Positions 61,671-64,000 of a stretch of 64,000 nucleotides of DNA are shown here, in pieces. Position 1 is the stretch's first letter, and each line of letters begins with the position of its first letter. Under the pieces are notes generated by a model. The model made no database searches. It saw nothing but the letters and a program-made list of their open reading frames with translations, and had not been told where the DNA came from. Made by a program: the position numbers and the translations under genes. This stretch comes from a virus, in the IMG/VR virus record IMGVR_UViG_3300020005_000004, positions 4,336 to 68,335 of that record; one strand, 5' to 3'.

Positions 61671-62914
61671 TGAAGATAAAAACCCCACAGCTTTCAGACT
61701 ATCAGAAGCAAATGATAGATAGTCCCAAAAACACAATCACAGAAGCAGGGACTAAAATAGGCAAGACGGTTTCGCATATGTGGTGGTTATTCAGGGAAGC
61801 TCAACAACCCCATGTCCAGGTGGGTTGGAATTATTGGTGGGTAGCTCCGATCAACGAACAGGCTAAAATCGCTTTTAACCGAATTTGCGCTAAGATTAAG
61901 GGCAATCCGAACTACACGATTTACAATTCATCTCCTTACACGATAGTGACTCCAAAAGGTACTAAAATCGTTTTCAGGAGTGGTGACGATCCTGATTCAC
62001 TTTATGGAGAGGATGTTTACGGAGTTGTGATCGACGAAGGGTCAAGGATGAAAGAAGGGGCTTTTCATGCAATACTTTCCACAACAACAGCAACAAATGG
62101 ACGGATCAGATGTATAGGAAACATGAGGGGGATTGACAATTGGTACTATCAGCTTGCGAGAAAGGTTCAGGATGGACTTTTACCAACTTGGGAGCATTTT
62201 AAGTTCACGGCTGACGATGCGGTTAAAGCCGGAATATTGACACAAGAGAAAATTGACGAACAAAGGGCAATTTATCCAGAGGGAATATTTTTAGAGTTGT
62301 TCTATTGCATTCCGTGGATTAACCTTGCCAATAAATTCGCTTTCAGTTTTAATACAGCAAAGCACGTTGGTAAAACCGAATTTAATCCTGATTATCCTTT
62401 ATACATTAGCTTTGATTTTAACGTTAGTCCAATATCATGCAGCACTTTTCAACATTACAATAATAAAATATTTGGCATTGAATCAATTAAATTATCAGAC
62501 TCAAACATTTATAAACTATGCGACGTTATTCATACCAAATATCCAAAGGCTTTAATAATTGTGAATGGAGATGCTACGGGAAATTCCAGGAGCGCACTTG
62601 TTTTGGATAGTTTGAATTACTATAAGGTCATAAGAAGCAAATTAAATCTTTCGCCTAATCAGGTTAAAGTGCCGACAATAAACCCTACTATGGCCGAAAA
62701 TCAATTATTGGTAAATGCCATGCTTGAGCATTACCCAATAACCTTAGACGCTACAAATTGTGCGGCATTGATTCACGACCTTATGTTCGGAGAAATGCTT
62801 GCTGATGGCAAGATAAAGAAAGGCGATAGAGAAGACCCTAATCAACAATTGGATTTATTAGATTGTTTTCGCTATTATTTAAACCAAAATTTTAAGTGGT
62901 ATCTCAAGATATAA
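61670..62914 (+). CDS. terL: Terminase large subunit
   Basis: ATPase half almost identical to 14574..15830; nuclease half diverged. Confidence 0.92.
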   Translation: MKIKTPQLSDYQKQMIDSPKNTITEAGTKIGKTVSHMWWLFREAQQPHVQVGWNYWWVAPINEQAKIAFNRICAKIKGNPNYTIYNSSPYTIVTPKGTKIVFRSGDDPDSLYGEDVYGVVIDEGSRMKEGAFHAILSTTTATNGRIRCIGNMRGIDNWYYQLARKVQDGLLPTWEHFKFTADDAVKAGILTQEKIDEQRAIYPEGIFLELFYCIPWINLANKFAFSFNTAKHVGKTEFNPDYPLYISFDFNVSPISCSTFQHYNNKIFGIESIKLSDSNIYKLCDVIHTKYPKALIIVNGDATGNSRSALVLDSLNYYKVIRSKLNLSPNQVKVPTINPTMAENQLLVNAMLEHYPITLDATNCAALIHDLMFGEMLADGKIKKGDREDPNQQLDLLDCFRYYLNQNFKWYLKI

Positions 62915-62929
62915 TTAGTATATTAGTTT

Positions 62930-63406
62930 ATGAAAGAAATCAAACTAACACAGGGGATGGTTGCCTTAGTTGATGACGAAGACTACGAACTATTGAATCA
63001 ATATAAATGGTATCCTCAAAAGGGGCATAAAACGTTTTACGCTACAACAAGTAGAGCAGTTTTAATGCACCGTTTGATATTAGGATTAAACGAAACAAAT
63101 ACTTATTGCGACCACGAGGATCATAACGGTCTTAATAATCAAAAATCAAATCTGAGGATATCTACCAACTCTCAAAATAGTATTAATTCACGCAAGAGGG
63201 CGAACACTACTTCTAAATATAAAGGGGTATGGCTTACTAAAAGCAAGTACAAGGATAAGACTTATTTATATTGGCAAGCGAGGGTAAATAAAGATAAAAA
63301 GGTTTTTCATTTGGGGTATTTTAAAAACGAACAGGAAGCAGCTATTGCCTATAATTTAAAAGCGACTGAGCTATTCGGAGAGTTTGCAAATCTGAATAAA
63401 TTTTAA
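62930..63406 (+). CDS. HNH-AP2 homing endonuclease (copy B only at this site)
   Basis: [40 protein letters not shown]. Confidence 0.9.
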   Translation: MKEIKLTQGMVALVDDEDYELLNQYKWYPQKGHKTFYATTSRAVLMHRLILGLNETNTYCDHEDHNGLNNQKSNLRISTNSQNSINSRKRANTTSKYKGVWLTKSKYKDKTYLYWQARVNKDKKVFHLGYFKNEQEAAIAYNLKATELFGEFANLNKF

Positions 63407-63449
63407 CTTCCCTGAAACATTGGCAAGGATAATGTAGTATATTTACCTT

Positions 63450-63638
63450 ATGTTAGATAAAGAAATCCATGTTCACGTCCATCACGAAAGGGATTGTGAA
63501 GTTATAAATCTCCTTACAGAGATAAGGGATTTGCTTAAAAAAAATGATGGGGAAGATTTAGGCAAACAGATGGATCAATGGTTGTTAGTTCTTAAGGGTT
63601 CTTTATCCAAGATAAAAGCGATAAGCGAAAAAGTTTAA
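63450..63638 (+). CDS. His-rich small protein
   Basis: IHVHVHH echoes the N-terminus of 15843..16127. Confidence 0.6.
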   Translation: MLDKEIHVHVHHERDCEVINLLTEIRDLLKKNDGEDLGKQMDQWLLVLKGSLSKIKAISEKV

Positions 63639-63667
63639 TAATTATTAATAATAAAAACTAAAATCTC

Positions 63668-63880
63668 ATGCCTACAAGACAAGAAGATTTCGATCAATTG
63701 GTTTCCGATCTTAATACGGTCACTAATGACATTGCCGCAGATTACGAAAAACTACTCGGCGAAATTCAAAATAATTCAGTAAGCGCAGAATCAATTGCAG
63801 CCGCAAAGGTTAATATTGACAAGCTAAAAGCACTTGGAGCATCGGTTGACAATCCAGTTCCAGAACCTCCGACAACTTAA
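63668..63880 (+). CDS. Small coiled-coil protein
   Basis: Ends PTT like 15843..16127. Confidence 0.6.
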   Translation: MPTRQEDFDQLVSDLNTVTNDIAADYEKLLGEIQNNSVSAESIAAAKVNIDKLKALGASVDNPVPEPPTT

Positions 63881-63906
63881 TTATTTTTTGTGGTTAATGG
63901 TTTTTT

Positions 63907-63937
63907 GAAACCGGATATTTCCATATTCGGTTTTTTG
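63907..63937 (+). terminator. Terminator-like hairpin
   Basis: AAACCGGATAT-TTCC-ATATTCGGTTT then T run; identical at about 16153-16183. Confidence 0.7.
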
Positions 63938-64000
63938 TATTATATTTAAATCTGATAAGAGAAGGGGTTAGAGCCTTCCCTACAGTCAACTTCTGATCCC

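Larger units (their letters stand above)
1..64000. mobile_element. Tailed bacteriophage DNA (siphovirus-like gene set), probable Bacteroidota host; more than one genome length
   Basis: Terminase, portal, scaffold, capsid, tape measure, tail fibre, endolysin, RecT/NinG and HNH genes; no bacterial housekeeping genes anywhere in the window. Confidence 0.95.
46319..64000 (+). repeat. Copy B of the long, divergent direct repeat
   Basis: TCCAGA.GG at 46319 aligns with base 1; the last bases ...TTCTGATCCC align with 16237-16246. Confidence 0.95.

Overview
AT-rich, densely coding tailed-phage DNA with no host genes. A Bacteroidota host is inferred from TTTG-N19/20-TAnnTT(T/A)G promoters, A-rich Shine-Dalgarno-less starts and many lipoproteins. 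The window holds about 1.37 genome lengths. Positions 1-16246 (lysis, leftward early operon, recombination/replication, terminase) recur in the same order and orientation at 46319-64000, but as a divergent mosaic copy with a period of about 46.3-47.8 kb. No integrase, att junction or CI-like repressor is recognisable in the full unit. The two copies share short (about 20-60 bp) near-identical anchors, often in frame inside genes, between which unrelated genes or gene segments are exchanged. The single-copy middle holds a glycosyltransferase/methyltransferase cluster, tail genes (with a candidate -1 frameshift chaperone and tape measure), portal/scaffold/capsid, and a tail fibre. Other highlights: a dual-frame (M.EcoHK31I-like) C5 methyltransferase; a kissing-loop leader in front of the replication gene that is conserved in structure but not sequence; further covarying RNA hairpins; and several unannotated micro-ORFs. 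All product names come from motif recognition, not database searches. An assembly chimera of two related phages cannot be excluded.
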